The position numbers and the translations under genes are program-made. A model generated the notes under the pieces. The model ran no database searches. It had not been told where the DNA came from and saw only the letters and a list, made by a program, of their open reading frames with translations. Positions 1-15,996 of a stretch of DNA of 64,000 bases are shown here, in pieces; the stretch's first letter is position 1; each line of letters starts with the position of its first letter. Source of the DNA: the human T2T-CHM13v2.0 reference genome, Homo sapiens. The stretch lies in assembly GCF_009914755.1 (NCBI RefSeq), contig NC_060927.1. The stretch is one strand, 5' to 3'.

Positions 1-469
1 AAGATAGATTTAATCAAATGCTGCACATAATTTGAAGTCTTAAAATGAATTCCTTCTGCTTTCCAGTCTATGGGAGCATGATAAATAAAGCCATGAGAGG
101 AACTCAGAGCGGGTGAATGTATGTCATCCCATAACAATGCTGGGAGAATGTTTGGAAATCCTCCCTTCAGGGTTCAAGTTGGGATGCAGGAAAGGCTGGT
201 TTCTCTCCCTATATCCCTTCCTGAATCTCCCAGAATATCTGCCATGCCTAGAAAAACCTTCTTTAGTTCATTGTGAACAAGAAAGGCAGCTCATCTAAGA
301 AAACATTGCCTCTTCTGTGTTTAGGGTACTCAGCATCTCATTTTTCACTATGCCTCATGATGAAATACTCATTATAATATGAAAGGGGCCACAGTTTGAA
401 AGTAGGAAACATGGAAGGGGCTGGTGGTCCCTAGGAAGGTGATGAAAGTGAGTAAATGTGCACTTGATC

Positions 470-880
470 CTGTCATCACTGAACATTTATGGGGCTTCCA
501 CCATGTTCCAGACTCTGTGCTAAGTACAGGAGATGTAGGTAAAAAAGATAAAGTTTGGAATTACCAGTTGGTGGAAGGAGGCAAAAAAGTAAATAGCTGA
601 CTGCCAGCCAGAGTGAGAAGCTTAATGACAAGTAAGGGGTGCTGTGGGAACACATAGGGGTAACCTCAGTGAGATGGGGTCAGGGAGCATGTCCCAAAGG
701 AAGTATCTTATAAGCAGATGAAAGCTATCCAGGTGAAGGACCTGGATGATGGGATGGGTGGGAATGGGAATTTCTGGCTAAGGGCAATTTAGAAGCCCAG
801 AGGGAAGAGAGAAGCCATGAACAGGAAGCAATTTAGTCTGGCTGGAGTAGACAAGGTCAAGTGGGATGTGCATGGCGGAA
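470..880 (-). mobile_element. L2 LINE 3' fragment (old, diverged)
   Basis: gaacatttat...ccatgttccagactctgtgctaag resembles the L2 3' end read antisense; boundaries approximate. Confidence 0.5.
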
Positions 881-1699
881 TCCATGTAAGGAAGGTGGCT
901 GTTTCGTTTCATGAAGACCAGGAGCCAGCTTGAGGCCAGGTCCGGGAACACAGATATCCCCACCATTGAAGCCCACCTTAGCCTCTGCAAGAAATCCCCT
1001 GGGCTTTCTGCTGGCTCCAAATCCCGGGATCAGAAAGAAGATGCAAATCAGGATCAGTAAGAAGCTAAGAGGCCTACAGTGAGGTTTTGTGTCTTGGCAG
1101 GTGGTGGAGTTGAATTTCCTGAACTCTCTGTGTGGGCATAGATGTGTTTAGTCACACTGTGGCTTGAGGGCTGATTTGAACCTACCTCAAGCAGGTGCTC
1201 TGTGGGAATAGTTAGGTGGGGGTTGGCAGGATAACTCATTTTATTAAACAAAAAAAAAAGGCCGGGGGGTGGGGCTTCTTCCTATCAAAACAGGGGAAGG
1301 AATGAATAAATTATTGATGCTAATTAGAGATAGGCAATGACAAACCTGGAGTTTCTGCCAATCATCAGCATATAAGTGGATAGTGCCAGCCTAAAGGTGC
1401 AGACTCAGGATGCCCCACCTTGATGCCAGGTGTCACCAGCTCTTCTCCAGTGTGGCTGAGCCCATGATCTCACTAGGCCCCTGAAGAGATCCCCACTCGG
1501 CACTCTAAGGTCAGACTGGGCCACCTTCCTGAGGTGCGCCTGCTCCTGCACAGCTGGGTCTCACACAGGCCTGCTCTCCATTCCTCAGGATCCCACCTGT
1601 CATCCACTGCACAGGACTCCTAATAGAATTCCATCAAATTTCAGAGCCAGATGGAGCTTGCGGAGTGTATTATTCAAGTTCTTCATTTAACAGCTGAGG

Positions 1700-2310
1700 A
1701 AACACAATTTACAGCTGAAAGCATTGGTAGAAGCCATTATCTGCTATGCGGGCTGAGTCACAGAGGAAGCCAGGCAGCAGCAAGAGAGGCCATGAAGCAG
1801 AGAGATGCTCAGAAAGGAGCAGAGAAGAGCAATTGTGAAAGACGATCCCCAGGTTGCCTGGATCCATTTGCTTTTGTTTTCGTTTTTGCTTTTGTTTTTT
1901 GATACAGGGTCTCACTCTGTCACCCAGGCTGGAGTGCAGTGGTGTAATTATAGCTCAATGCAGATTTGACCTCCCAGGTTTAAGCCATCTCCTGCCTCAG
2001 CCTTCTGAGTAGCTGGGGCTACATGTGCATGCCATTACACCCAGCTAATTTTGTTTATTTTTTGTAGAGACAGGGTCTCACTATGTTGCCCAGGCTCATC
2101 TCAAACTCCTGGGTTCAAGTCATCCTCCCACCTCAGCCTCCCAAAGTGCTGGGATTACAAGGGATCCATTTTTTTTTGAGGTCCAGCTGCATCCTTGACC
2201 TCAGGCTCTATCAGACTCCCCTGTACACTATTTACAAATTCCCTTTTTTGCTTAGGAGGTAGCTAAAGTCAGTTGCTGTTACTTGTATACCAGTTACTTA
2301 ACAGATACAA
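1700..2310 (+). mobile_element. MaLR (MLT1-type) LTR fragment split by an Alu
   Basis: MLT1-like 3' end aaattcccttttttgcttagg...gttgctgttacttg; continuous across the Alu TSD. Confidence 0.45.
1871..2160 (-). mobile_element. Alu (J-like), slightly 5'-truncated
   Basis: Alu consensus antisense, T-rich tail, flanking direct repeat ggatccattt. Confidence 0.93.
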
Positions 2311-2536
2311 TGAATTAGAATTCAGGCATGTAAAGACACCTGTAAGAGAAAGGGTGGCTCTCAAGCTGAAATTGTGAGCATTGGTGTATTAGTTTCCGTT
2401 GGCTGCTGTAAAAAATGACCACAAATGGGGTGGTTAAAAAATGGAAGTTTACTCTTTCACAGTTCTGGAGGCCAGAAGTCTGCAATCCGTATCACCAGGC
2501 CTGAATCAGGATGTCAGCAGGGCTGTGCTCCCTTCA

Positions 2537-2900
<364 letters not shown>

Positions 2901-2949
2901 TCATCTTCTGTCTGTGGCTCTAATAAAAAGGGTTTAATCAAGAAAACAT

Positions 2950-3223
2950 GCCAGGCACAGTGGCTTACACTTGTAATCCTAGCACTTTGGGAGGCTGAGA
3001 CAGGAGGATTGCTTGAGCCCAGGAATTCAAGATCAGCCTGGGCAACGTGGCAAAACCCGTGCATGGTGGTGCAAACTGTAGTCCCAGCTACACGGGAGGC
3101 AGAAGTGGGAGGATTGCTTGAGTCCAGAAGGCAAAGATTGCAGAGAGCCGAGATCACGCCAATTCACTCCAACCTTGGCAACAAGAGAAAGACCCTGTCT
3201 CAAAACAAAATAAAACAAAACAA
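2950..3223 (+). mobile_element. Alu (J-like) with linker deletion
   Basis: Alu consensus; central A-rich linker missing near 3060. Confidence 0.9.
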
Positions 3224-4993
3224 AAGCCACACTAGTTATTTTTTCAGAAATAACTTAAGAAAGTGGTTAAACAGGTATTGGAAGACTGTCCAGGTAAAGT
3301 GTGAAAACGTAATTGCAAGAAGCAGCCACCATTCCTAGGGCTAGGGGAAATAAGGGAAGAGGCAGCGTGATCTGGATCTAGAAGCTTAGAAGAGAGGCCC
3401 TGCTGAGCTGAAGCCAGGCTGGGGGCTCTTTGTCACTGCTGGTGCCTCTGAACTCAGAGGAGGGACCCACGTAGCTGAAACTCAGATCTCTGAGGAGGGG
3501 GGACAGCTGGCTAGTGCTGGTGTCTCCAAGGGAACACTATGAGGTCGGCTCACAAGTATGGAAAAGATGGAAACCAGAACCAGTTTTTATCAACAAGGTG
3601 AAGAACTTTCCTAGGCAACACTGGCAACAACAAAAAGCAAAGCAGTCCTGAGAAGCTCCTGCTGCCTTCCAGGCATCTCCCTTATTACAAAGGTACAGAT
3701 GGTCGTCCTTCAAAAGGTCCCTGCTGGACATCTCTCCTCCAAGCCATTACCAATCACCCTAGAATGTGAGAAAGCTGATTTCTACCATCTGGTATATACC
3801 ACCACTTTTTAAAATTGCCTCCCCTTCTCTCTTAGAGGGACACTTGTGTTGCATTTAGGACCATATGGATAATCCAGGATAATCTTCCCATTCATCTCAA
3901 GGTCTTTGATGTAATCACACCTGCAAAGACCTTTTTTTCGTCCAACAAGGTAACATTCACAGGTTCTAGGATAAGAATGTAGACATATTTTGGGGGGCCA
4001 TTATTCAGGCTACCGCTATTGAGATATTTAAAAAGCAAAGTTTCAATTAAAAAGTGGGTTAGCTGTTAGTGGAAGAATAAAAAGTTAGAACCAGTAAGTG
4101 GGTCAAATAAAAGGCAGTCGGAACTAAAGAACACAAGGATTTGGCTCTCAAGGTTAGTAGATCCGCTTGGAAGAGGTGGGTTCATCAGGTTATCATGGTC
4201 CACCAGCCACGATCACTCAGCTAGCATCTCTTGTTCTGATTTCATGAAAATTTCTGATGATTTGGCTGCTTATATAGATTCACTTACAGTGACAGAATAT
4301 GCTGATCTGTACATCAAAGTATCTAGTTTATTAAATCATTTTATTATTACAAATTTAGAAATCAGAATTCTGGTTTTCTGTTCATTCATTTCTACAAGTT
4401 TGAGTGACACATATTAGGATCTGAGATGAGGACTGTCCATCCTACAAGTTCAGAAATATAATTTTCTGGCACGCTAATAGTGAATCCATTCACTGTTGAA
4501 GGGGGAAATCAAACTGAGTTTTATTCTCTTGGTCATGATTCCAAATTCCTAATGAAGATGTCTAATGGGCCAAACTCAAACCAATTTCCCATCCTGGAAC
4601 AATCAACTGTGGCTAGGGAATGATAGGGAATGAGGCCCCTTTGAATGTACTGCTTTTATTTAAGATTTATTTGGGAGGGATGGGCCAGTTTCCTTATAAG
4701 TTGGAGAATATGGCAAGCAAATCTGCAGTCTGTGTTATAATTGAACTTTCAGAAAGCATTCGACTTCCAAGTGTCACTCATACCTCTACTAAATCTTCTT
4801 CATAATCTTGTATTTGTGTGTGTCTTCAGGACTCATAAAACGGTAACTTAAACTAGTTAACATAAAACGGTCTGTTAACATAAGTTATGTTAACATAAAA
4901 AGTTAACATAAAATGGTAACTTAAAACTTAAAAAGCAACTTAAAAAGTTGCTCCTCCTTTCAACATATTCTTCTTGCTTCTATTAAATTAATC

Positions 4994-5326
4994 TTTTTTT
5001 CTTTTTTTTTTTCTTTTTTTTTTTTTTGAGACTGAGTGAGTCTTGCTCTTGCTGCCCAGGCTGGAGTGCAATGACACGATCTCGGCTCACTGCAAGCTCC
5101 TTGGGGGGCCTCCCGGGCTCAAGCAATTCTCCTGCTCCAGCCTCCCAAGTAGCTGGGGTTACAGACGCGCGCCACCATCACCACGTCCAGCTAATTTTTG
5201 TATTTTTAGTAGAGACAAGGTTTCACCATGTTGGCCAGGCTGGTCTTGAACTCCTGACCTCGTGATCTGCCTGCCTTGGCCTCCCAAAGTGCTGGGAATT
5301 ACAGGCATGAGCCACTGTGCCTGGCA
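4994..5326 (-). mobile_element. Alu (S-like)
   Basis: Alu consensus, poly-T, TSD taaattaatcttt. Confidence 0.95.
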
Positions 5327-5404
5327 CTAAATTAATCTTTATAAAATACCTTTGATTTATAATATATGATGACTATGACTATGACTTATATACAATCTCT
5401 ACAT

Positions 5405-5705
5405 TTTCTTTTCTTTTTTTTTTCTGAGACAGAGTCTCGCTCTGTCGCCCAGGCTGGAGTGCAGCGGCATGATCTCGGCTCACTGCAAGCTCCCGGGTTC
5501 ATGCCATTCTCCTGCCTCAGCCTCCTGAGTAGCTGGGACTACAGGCGCCAGCCACCACACCTGGCTAATTTTGTTTTTGTATTTTTAGTAGAGATAGGGT
5601 TTCACCATATTAGCCAGGATGGTCTCCATCTCCTGACCTCATGATCCGCCCGCCTCAGCTTCCCAAAGTGCTGGGATTACAGGCGTGAGCCACCGCACCC
5701 AGCCT
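5405..5705 (-). mobile_element. Alu (Y/Sc-like)
   Basis: young-type positions (gggttcatgccattctcc, tagccaggatggtctc); degenerate TSD. Confidence 0.93.
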
Positions 5706-5829
5706 ACCATCTCTATGTTTTCAGTCCTATATATGTATCTCCTGTATTTCATTATTTAATATTTATTCTTTAAATTGATTCACTATATAATCAAGTATAT
5801 TAATTTAAAAAATAAGTTCTCTATCATAA

Positions 5830-6057
<228 letters not shown>

Positions 6058-7062
6058 TAAAAATAGAAGGTAATCAAACAAATAAATATAGCAGGATGTT
6101 AGAATGAGGTTTCCAACCACATTTTTGACTGAGGCTTCAATAAAGTAGGTATATTACCAAAGTTCATGTGAGACAGGCTCCTCACATGTGAATTTACGAA
6201 GGAATTTGTGCAGAGCTTGTTCTACGATTTTTGGATATCTTAGCTCAATCAAAGATATTTAAAATAAGTCAGAATGTGAAGAGAGAGGAGGATTTGTGGA
6301 AGACCTTTTAGGAGGGACCTGGTGCTATGCTAGAGACCCAAGAGAGGGGGTACTGCCTTCTCCTTAAACGTAGTGCAATAATAAAAACAAACAAACAAAA
6401 AAAGAAACCTAGTGCAAGAAGCTTCCTTGGAACTACAAGGAGAGCTATGGAAGGTGCTCTCTGCACTTAGGGGATATAGGACAATGGCTCCTGACTCCCA
6501 CCCAAGAAAATGTAGAAGTTACTGTGTTAGTCTTGACCTGCCGTCCTAATTGAGTGACCTGGAGGAATTCTTGCTTTCTTCTAGCAAGAAGAAGCCAGAG
6601 GGGAATGCTGTTTTTTAGAGGCTTTCAAAGAAGTTATCAATGACCACTTGAACTAGACATCATTAGGTACCCTGCACCATGGAATGATGGAAATCTCCAT
6701 GAAAGTGCCCAGGCAGGTAGCCACGTTCGACTTTCTGCTTGACCCAGAGAGCTCTCAGCCACTAGCCAGCAAGTACTGTCCTTTGACCTATACCTCTTGT
6801 CCCTCCAGCCTGCCCCTTTCTGTCCCTGAGAGAAGTCAAACTTCAGCTAACAAGTGAAGGAGGAAGTGAGTGGGGAGAGCAGAAACCAACCACACTCCCT
6901 TTCTGGAAAACAGGCAGCTGTCAAGTAGAAGCCTTGCCTAGGGAACAGGAAGAAAATGGAAGAGCTGACTAATATCTAGGACTTGATATTCAAACTACCA
7001 AATTAAGACTGAGTTTGCACATAAAAGTCTGTAAGACTGTCTTTTATCTAAGCATTAGTAAA

Positions 7063-7063
<1 letters not shown>

Positions 7064-7119
<56 letters not shown>

Positions 7120-7140
7120 CACACACACACACATATATAC
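7064..7140. repeat. compound (AT)n/(AC)n microsatellite
   Basis: seen directly. Confidence 0.97.
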
Positions 7141-7581
7141 CAGGCTTGCTGGGTTATTTTCCAGTGGTAGAAAGAAAGCTTTCCCCACTGGATAAAGTTT
7201 AGAGTTGACACAGGAAACAGAAAACGAAGTTGGATTTTGATTGTGTCACAGTCACACTTGTTCAATGTACTGCTTCTATAAACATGATGAAAACAAAAAA
7301 GTTATACTTTTAAAAGGTAAAATTTTTAAAACCATGACAATCAAGTAATAAATATTTATAAGATGCATACAAAAAATAGCTGCATGATTTAAACATGTGA
7401 AGAACTCCTTGATCTAGGCTTAAGATTGGCCAGTTGGGTGACTAATGCTGGCATTAAACCTAGATGCTTCCTTAATTCAGGATGAGTGGTGCCCCTGCTT
7501 GGTGATGTGATACAGATGGGGCACCTTGGCAGTCCACCGCCATTTGGATGCAATCTTAATATGGGAATGATAGCCCATCTA

Positions 7582-7954
<373 letters not shown>

Positions 7955-8176
7955 TCATGCTGAAATGTTCAGTATATGAATGTCTGAAACATTCATGACA
8001 GAGTCTGTTAATTTATATGGTCTGTGTAACCATGTTTCTACCTACTGTGCCCAATGTATTTTTTCTGTAATATACATTAAAATAATTATTGAGTCAAAAA
8101 AAGGTTCAGCAATATGTGTCTGACATCATCGTGCATATTATACTCTCCCAGCATCCTCAGGCCTTGTTTTACCTAG

Positions 8177-9025
<849 letters not shown>

Positions 9026-10105
9026 TTATTTATTTTTATTTACTTATTGTTAATGAACATAAGCTTTATTACATCAAATAATAAATACATATAAATCTGC
9101 AAGTAGTTTTAGTCATTTTGAAATATGTTTTGATGAACTTACAGCAAACATAGAACTAAAATCTACATACAATCTTAGTAAAAAATAGTTAAGTTTAGTT
9201 GGTTACTCCTTATTCTGTATTTATAACTTGTGCATCTTTAATTTCAAAGCATTGATAGTGATGCAATACTTAAGCAAAAAAGAACTTATAGAGAATGTAT
9301 ACTGTATGGCAAACCAGGGACTGGCTACTAAGTAAAGAGTGCTGTCAGTATTCATCAAAAATAAAATTCATAGAGGTGTATTACTTTATGGAATGGAACA
9401 AAAAACAATTTAGGTGCATGAATGTATTCAAAAGAGAAGATTAATGTGCAACACTGGTATCTTGGAGGCAAGCAACAGTTTGCTGTAGGACAAAAAACTT
9501 TTACCTGCATCTTTTAAATCAATGCTTTAAAAAATCTGAGTAGCTCTAACTACTTAAAATGCAAATCCTAATCAACTGTAAGATCTTTGCTAGTTTGAGA
9601 ACCTACTGAGCCACGGGAAAGAAACCAGGAAGAAAAACCAAATGATTACCATTTTGAAAACATGTTTCATCTGGACAGGGGAGATGAACTGTAACTTCCT
9701 ATCTTGTAAAAAGATGGAATACCTCGCAAAACTATGAAGGTGGTTAGAATCTGGCATTCCATTCTGTTTTAACCAAGCACTCCCAAACTAGTCCTTTAGC
9801 ATGAGTGATAACTTGTTTTGGTCTCTTCATTGTGCTCTTGCTCCCTGTACAGGTGGATCTGATCACTCCCTCAGCTCTTGGATGATAGCCAGCAGTTTAG
9901 CACATTTGCTTTGGGGTCACTTGGCTGTTTCCAGTTCCCTGGGTGTAGCCTAGGGATGGTGGCCTATAGTCACTCAGCAGCTGGTGGTACTGTGAGAATA
10001 ATACCATATGGGTAGAAGGTGACATGGAAGGTGACAAGCTCTCAGCTGAGTTGAGGGAGGTGGTAGGCATTTTCAAGGTCAAGTTTAGTTTGTATGACAT
10101 TCTTT
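9026..10105 (-). pseudogene. CDK2AP1: Processed pseudogene of CDK2AP1 (CDS remnant 10100-9744, 3'UTR, poly-A remnant)
   Basis: ORF 9897-10100 MSYKLNL...[26 protein letters not shown] matches the CDK2AP1 N-terminus; other frames give LLAIIQEL and [33 protein letters not shown] (cf. [33 protein letters not shown]); intronless; AATAAA at 9065-9070 on minus strand followed by an A-rich tract. Confidence 0.92.
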
Positions 10106-10131
10106 CATCTCCATTCCCAGTAGCAGATTTT

Positions 10132-10133
<2 letters not shown>

Positions 10134-10180
<47 letters not shown>

Positions 10181-10191
10181 ACACACACACA
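10134..10191. repeat. (AC)n microsatellite
   Basis: seen directly. Confidence 0.97.
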
Positions 10192-10579
10192 GACTGGTGC
10201 TGAAAACTGTGGCTGTCTTCCAGAAGCCCAGAGAATTTTGGGCTTTGGGATTAGAGGCTAAAAACCCTAGATATGATCAAGAGTGATCTGTTCCCTGTTG
10301 TGCACACAGCATATCAGGACACTTTGGCTTGTAGCTTCCTAATACACGTTCTTATCCATCTGTCCTCCAGGAAAGATACAATAGGACAGATAGACACACA
10401 GATGTACACATGCACACACACACACACTCCAACATATTTGAACAAGGCTAATAGAAAAATGAAATGAATTGAATATAGGAAAGGGTACAAAAATAATTTA
10501 TTAGAAGGAATGGTGTGGGACAAAGCTAGCATTTATTGATCACCCACTATGTGTCAGATATCCCATTATTTCATTTAAT

Positions 10580-10808
10580 TATTTTCTTTTTTCATGGACA
10601 AATAAAAATTGTATACATTTATGGTATAAAACATATTTTGAAGTATGTACATTGTGAAAGGGCTAAGTCAAGCTAATTAACCTACATGTTACCTCATGTA
10701 CTTATCTTTTATTTGTGGTGAGAACACTTAAAATCTACTCTATTAGCATTTTTCAAGTATACAATACATTGGTCTTAAATTTAGTCACCATGTTGTAAAA
10801 TAGATCTC
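10580..10808 (-). mobile_element. L1MA 3' end fragment
   Basis: gtggtgagaacacttaaaatctactct...gtcaccatgttgtaaaatagatct is L1MA 3'UTR-like. Confidence 0.8.
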
Positions 10809-10809
10809 A

Positions 10810-10975
10810 AATCATTTAATTTTTCAAGTTGGTATTATTACTCTCCTTTTACAAATAAGTAAACTGAGGCTCAGGGAGATTAAATAGTTTGTCTAATGTC
10901 ACGTCTAATAACTGGCAGAGCCCAAATTCAAACTTTAATTTGTTGGATTTGAAAACCTTTGGCTTTGCTGTCTGT
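10810..10975 (-). mobile_element. MIR
   Basis: core ttttacaaataagtaaactgaggctcagggagattaaatagtttg. Confidence 0.75.
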
Positions 10976-11179
10976 CTCTTATGGAAGAAGGTGGAGCTTG
11001 GGGGAACTGGCATTAGGAGATTAGGTAATAGAGATGGTTGGTTAAGTCCATGAGGTGGCCACAGAGGATGGATGTGGCTGGATTTCACTGTCTTCCTCCA
11101 CCCCTCCTATTCTCATAGTTGTGATATACATTGCCTCAGAGTTGCAGCTTTCTTTCTTCCCAGGATGAATTTTAAAAAA

Positions 11180-12740
<1,561 letters not shown>

Positions 12741-13234
12741 AACTTTTATTTCAAGGGAAAATGCTGGACTCAGTTCTGCTCTCATCTTAGATCTGAAGGG
12801 AGTTGGCCAGGTCTCCTCTTCTTGAGGGTACATGACTAAGAGAGATGGGAGGGGGCCCACAGCACAGAGACCTGTTGCCAAGAACATCTCAGGGTGGAGA
12901 GACCTTTGGAACATTTTTTTCCACTCTACATCAGACAGAATAAAATTGATTAGCATTTAATTGGTTTCAGCTGTTCTTAACATGTTGCATAGAAAACGTC
13001 AATGTACTTTGCTAAATTCAATATTCCTTATGGTTAACAGATTGAAAACCAAAAACGTCCTTGAAGAAAACACCAGAAATCAGTGCTTTAGATCACACTG
13101 AGTTGTTTGCTATTGGTCACCCACTTGGAATGTTCTGGGAACGCTAACTACTTTGGATTGGATATATTCAGAAAAGAAACAAATCTTTGTCTGGTAAGAC
13201 TGTTGGGTAGATAACTGCTTAGGAATCAAGATAT

Positions 13235-13370
13235 CTATGTTGCAGTTCCAGCTTTCCCTGCACAGCCATGTGATTTTGGATAAACCTCTTCACCTCTCTG
13301 GATTATATTCAGGTTTCTAATCTAGAAAATGAGGAGATGAGCTCAGTGATCTCCAAAGTTGCTTTCATCT
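13235..13370 (+). mobile_element. MIR fragment
   Basis: tgtgattttggataaacctcttcacctctctgg...gtttctaatctagaaaatgagg. Confidence 0.55.
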
Positions 13371-15084
13371 CTTACATGTATAATTGATTTGCATCATTCT
13401 GATGCTTCACTACAATTCTGGAAAAACGATGGTACAATCATCTCTCCTTAAGCAGTGTGCAGAATAGCAACAGCAAATTGTGTCTTGGAACCCAATGAGG
13501 AAGAGGTTTCAAAGAAAATACACTGGTTAAGCCTTAAATAATAAGGCATTTTAGTCTCAAAGGCCAGATGATAAATGAGGGGCTGGGAAAATCTGACTAC
13601 TTCACTGTGTGTTCTTGGCCAAAGATACTTCAGTCCCTACCCTTCATATCTCCATCTACAAAACGCATATAAGGACATCTCCTGTTAACGCAAAAAACTG
13701 TTAAGAGGTTTGGTCAAAAGCTAAGTGCAAATCATGGGTATCAGACACTGACAGCTACAGATGGGCTACAGTTTCAGTAACTGCTCTTTTTCAATCCTAC
13801 TTCCTGCTTTTGCCTGTATTCTCTTAAATTGTTCATTCTCCAAGTTTTTCTGCCATTATTTCTCCTGCCTTGCTACTTCTCTCGTGCTGAATCATCTTCT
13901 TTGTGTCTTTCCTTTACCAAAACTCATGAATGACGAAGGTGGCAGCTAGAACAGTGAAAAGCTCCAGAGAATTTCTGTTCTGTGGCCCAGCTGCTTAGGA
14001 GGCCCTGAGAGGAAGCCATCTGAAGCCCTGCTTGCTATCCACTTGCCTCTCTGGGGTCCCCAACAGCTGTTGGTCCCTTACTACCAGACCTCAAATTAGC
14101 ATTCAACGGGCTAATTTGCAGGCCTAACTCCAAGGCTTGGGGAATTCCTGATCCATTTCCACAGCCCTGGGAGCTTCCTCAATGATCCCCAGGGCTATGA
14201 GGCTGAATGTGGACTTACTTATGCTTGAGCAGAGAGAAACATCAGGCACTTCCATGGAATGCCTTCCTCATCTCCCAAAGCTAAAGACTTTACTGAGCTT
14301 CTGTGAATGTTAATGTCAAGATAGCTCAGATTGTTGGTCCCATAGCTAGTGCTGCTGAAACCATGGACACAGGGTTTCATAAAAATCACAAGGCCAAAGC
14401 TGGCTCAAGGGAATGCTAGAGCCCTGCTATGGATGGTAACATTGAAAGAAGAGCTGTTGGCTTTGACTGCGATGGTTCTCTGGGAGTTAATGCTCTTCCT
14501 AGGTGAAGTAGATTTATGTTAGCAATGCAAAAAGTTATGATATCAAAGGCAAGACCAGATATTGGAAGTTGCGGGCTGTTTGTAAACTTCAGTAGGGGTA
14601 TAATATCAATATGGAACTCTCTTTCCCAGGGTCAAATTATGCACTGGCAATCTGAAATGAGGGAGAGAGTTCAGTCTTGGTCATTGACTCAGTATCTGGG
14701 ACTGCCAGCCTTACTAGATTGGAGAATAGGTGAACACTGTTCTCTTTTTCTGAAAATGGCATACGTGCACCTAAGAGGGGAGTAAAGGCTTATAGGCAGC
14801 TAGGTCTTCCCAGTCCCTTCTAGTGCCTCTTTACCATACTCAGGGTAAGACTTGCCTGCAAATCAGTGATTCTAGAAAGCAACACAGCATTTCTCAAGTT
14901 TCCTTCTCAGTAAGTAGTGGGATATTCGATCTCTCTGAATGACCCTAGAGAGCCTGTTGAGTGAATCCTCTTGTGCAGCAAAGTCCACAGTGTAACACTG
15001 CTGTGTGCTGAATACTCACTTGGAATCTGGTTCTCTTGCGATTTTAATTAAAACCTACTGAATCTTTCCCTGGCAACTTGGGAA

Positions 15085-15428
15085 TGTTAGGACAACTAAA
15101 TTCCTCTTCAAAGACTTAACTTCCTGCCACCTGTGAATAAATCCTACCCGCTTCTTGCAAATTGCATATTTACCCTATTTGGAAAGGTTTAAGTCTCAGC
15201 CAATTAGGTCAGCTTAGATTGTGCTGTCCAACCCCAGCCAATAGGGGAAGGACACAGAAACAGGAACTGTATTAGGGTTAAAAACCCCTTCCCTCCTTTG
15301 TTCAGTGGGCTCTTGTGATTGTAACAGGTGCAAACAGCACCCTTCTGCAGAAGCAAAAGTGCCTGGCTGAGAAATTTTCTGTCTAAGTGCAGGTTTCTTT
15401 TGGCTACACTGAGCACTTGTTTCCAACA
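15085..15428 (+). repeat. 5' LTR (LTR10-related, 344 bp)
   Basis: tgttagga...ttccaaca; direct repeat of 21399-21735; CCAAT boxes (agccaat at ~15198 and ~15236). Confidence 0.95.
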
Positions 15429-15432
15429 AATC

Positions 15433-15450
15433 TGGGGGCTCATCTGAGAT
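15433..15450 (+). promoter_or_regulatory. Primer binding site, tRNA-Pro type
   Basis: tgggggctcatctgagat matches 15/18 to TGGGGGCTCGTCCGGGAT; two mismatches are CpG transitions. Confidence 0.85.
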
Positions 15451-15996
15451 CCCACTCTCCTTTGGGAGGGGCTAGCGATTATCTTGCATGGGGAGATGCG
15501 TCCCACTGCCTTGTTGTGGTGGCCCAAGCAGCGGAGGATCAAGTCCTGCCCAAAGTGATGACTAAATCCAGACTCTGAGCAATGCGGGCATAGAAGGATC
15601 CTTAAGAACTCTACGGCGACCAGGTAACTCTGTGCACAGACCAAGGCAAGAAACATCGCTATTGGGGCGACAAAGTATTCCTTGGTGGTCAGGATCTCTG
15701 GAGGTTGAAAGTGTGTGAGTGAGACTCGCCATTGGGTGAGAAGCGAGTGTGGAGTCTGGACTTGGTTCCGTGGTCACCTCATACGGCTTAGGGCGGTTTT
15801 CCAGTTGGGGGATTATATTGACCCACCAATGCTAAGAGGGATCTAAAATTCCCACAAGGGAAGTGGCCAATAAGGACAGGTGAGTGCTCACGAGAGTGCA
15901 AGAAACCTCCAGTGGGAAAAGGGGAGGTTGAGCCTCTGGGACACGGAGGTGCAAGAAATCTCTAATATGAGAGATTGAGCCTCACCAACCTCCAGG

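Noticed and set aside
15433-15450. tRNA gene
   Set aside because: Only an 18-nt complement of a tRNA 3' end (PBS); no cloverleaf.
15204-15656. 150-aa antisense ORF
   Set aside because: Spans the LTR and leader antisense, has no recognisable domain and is consistent with a chance ORF.
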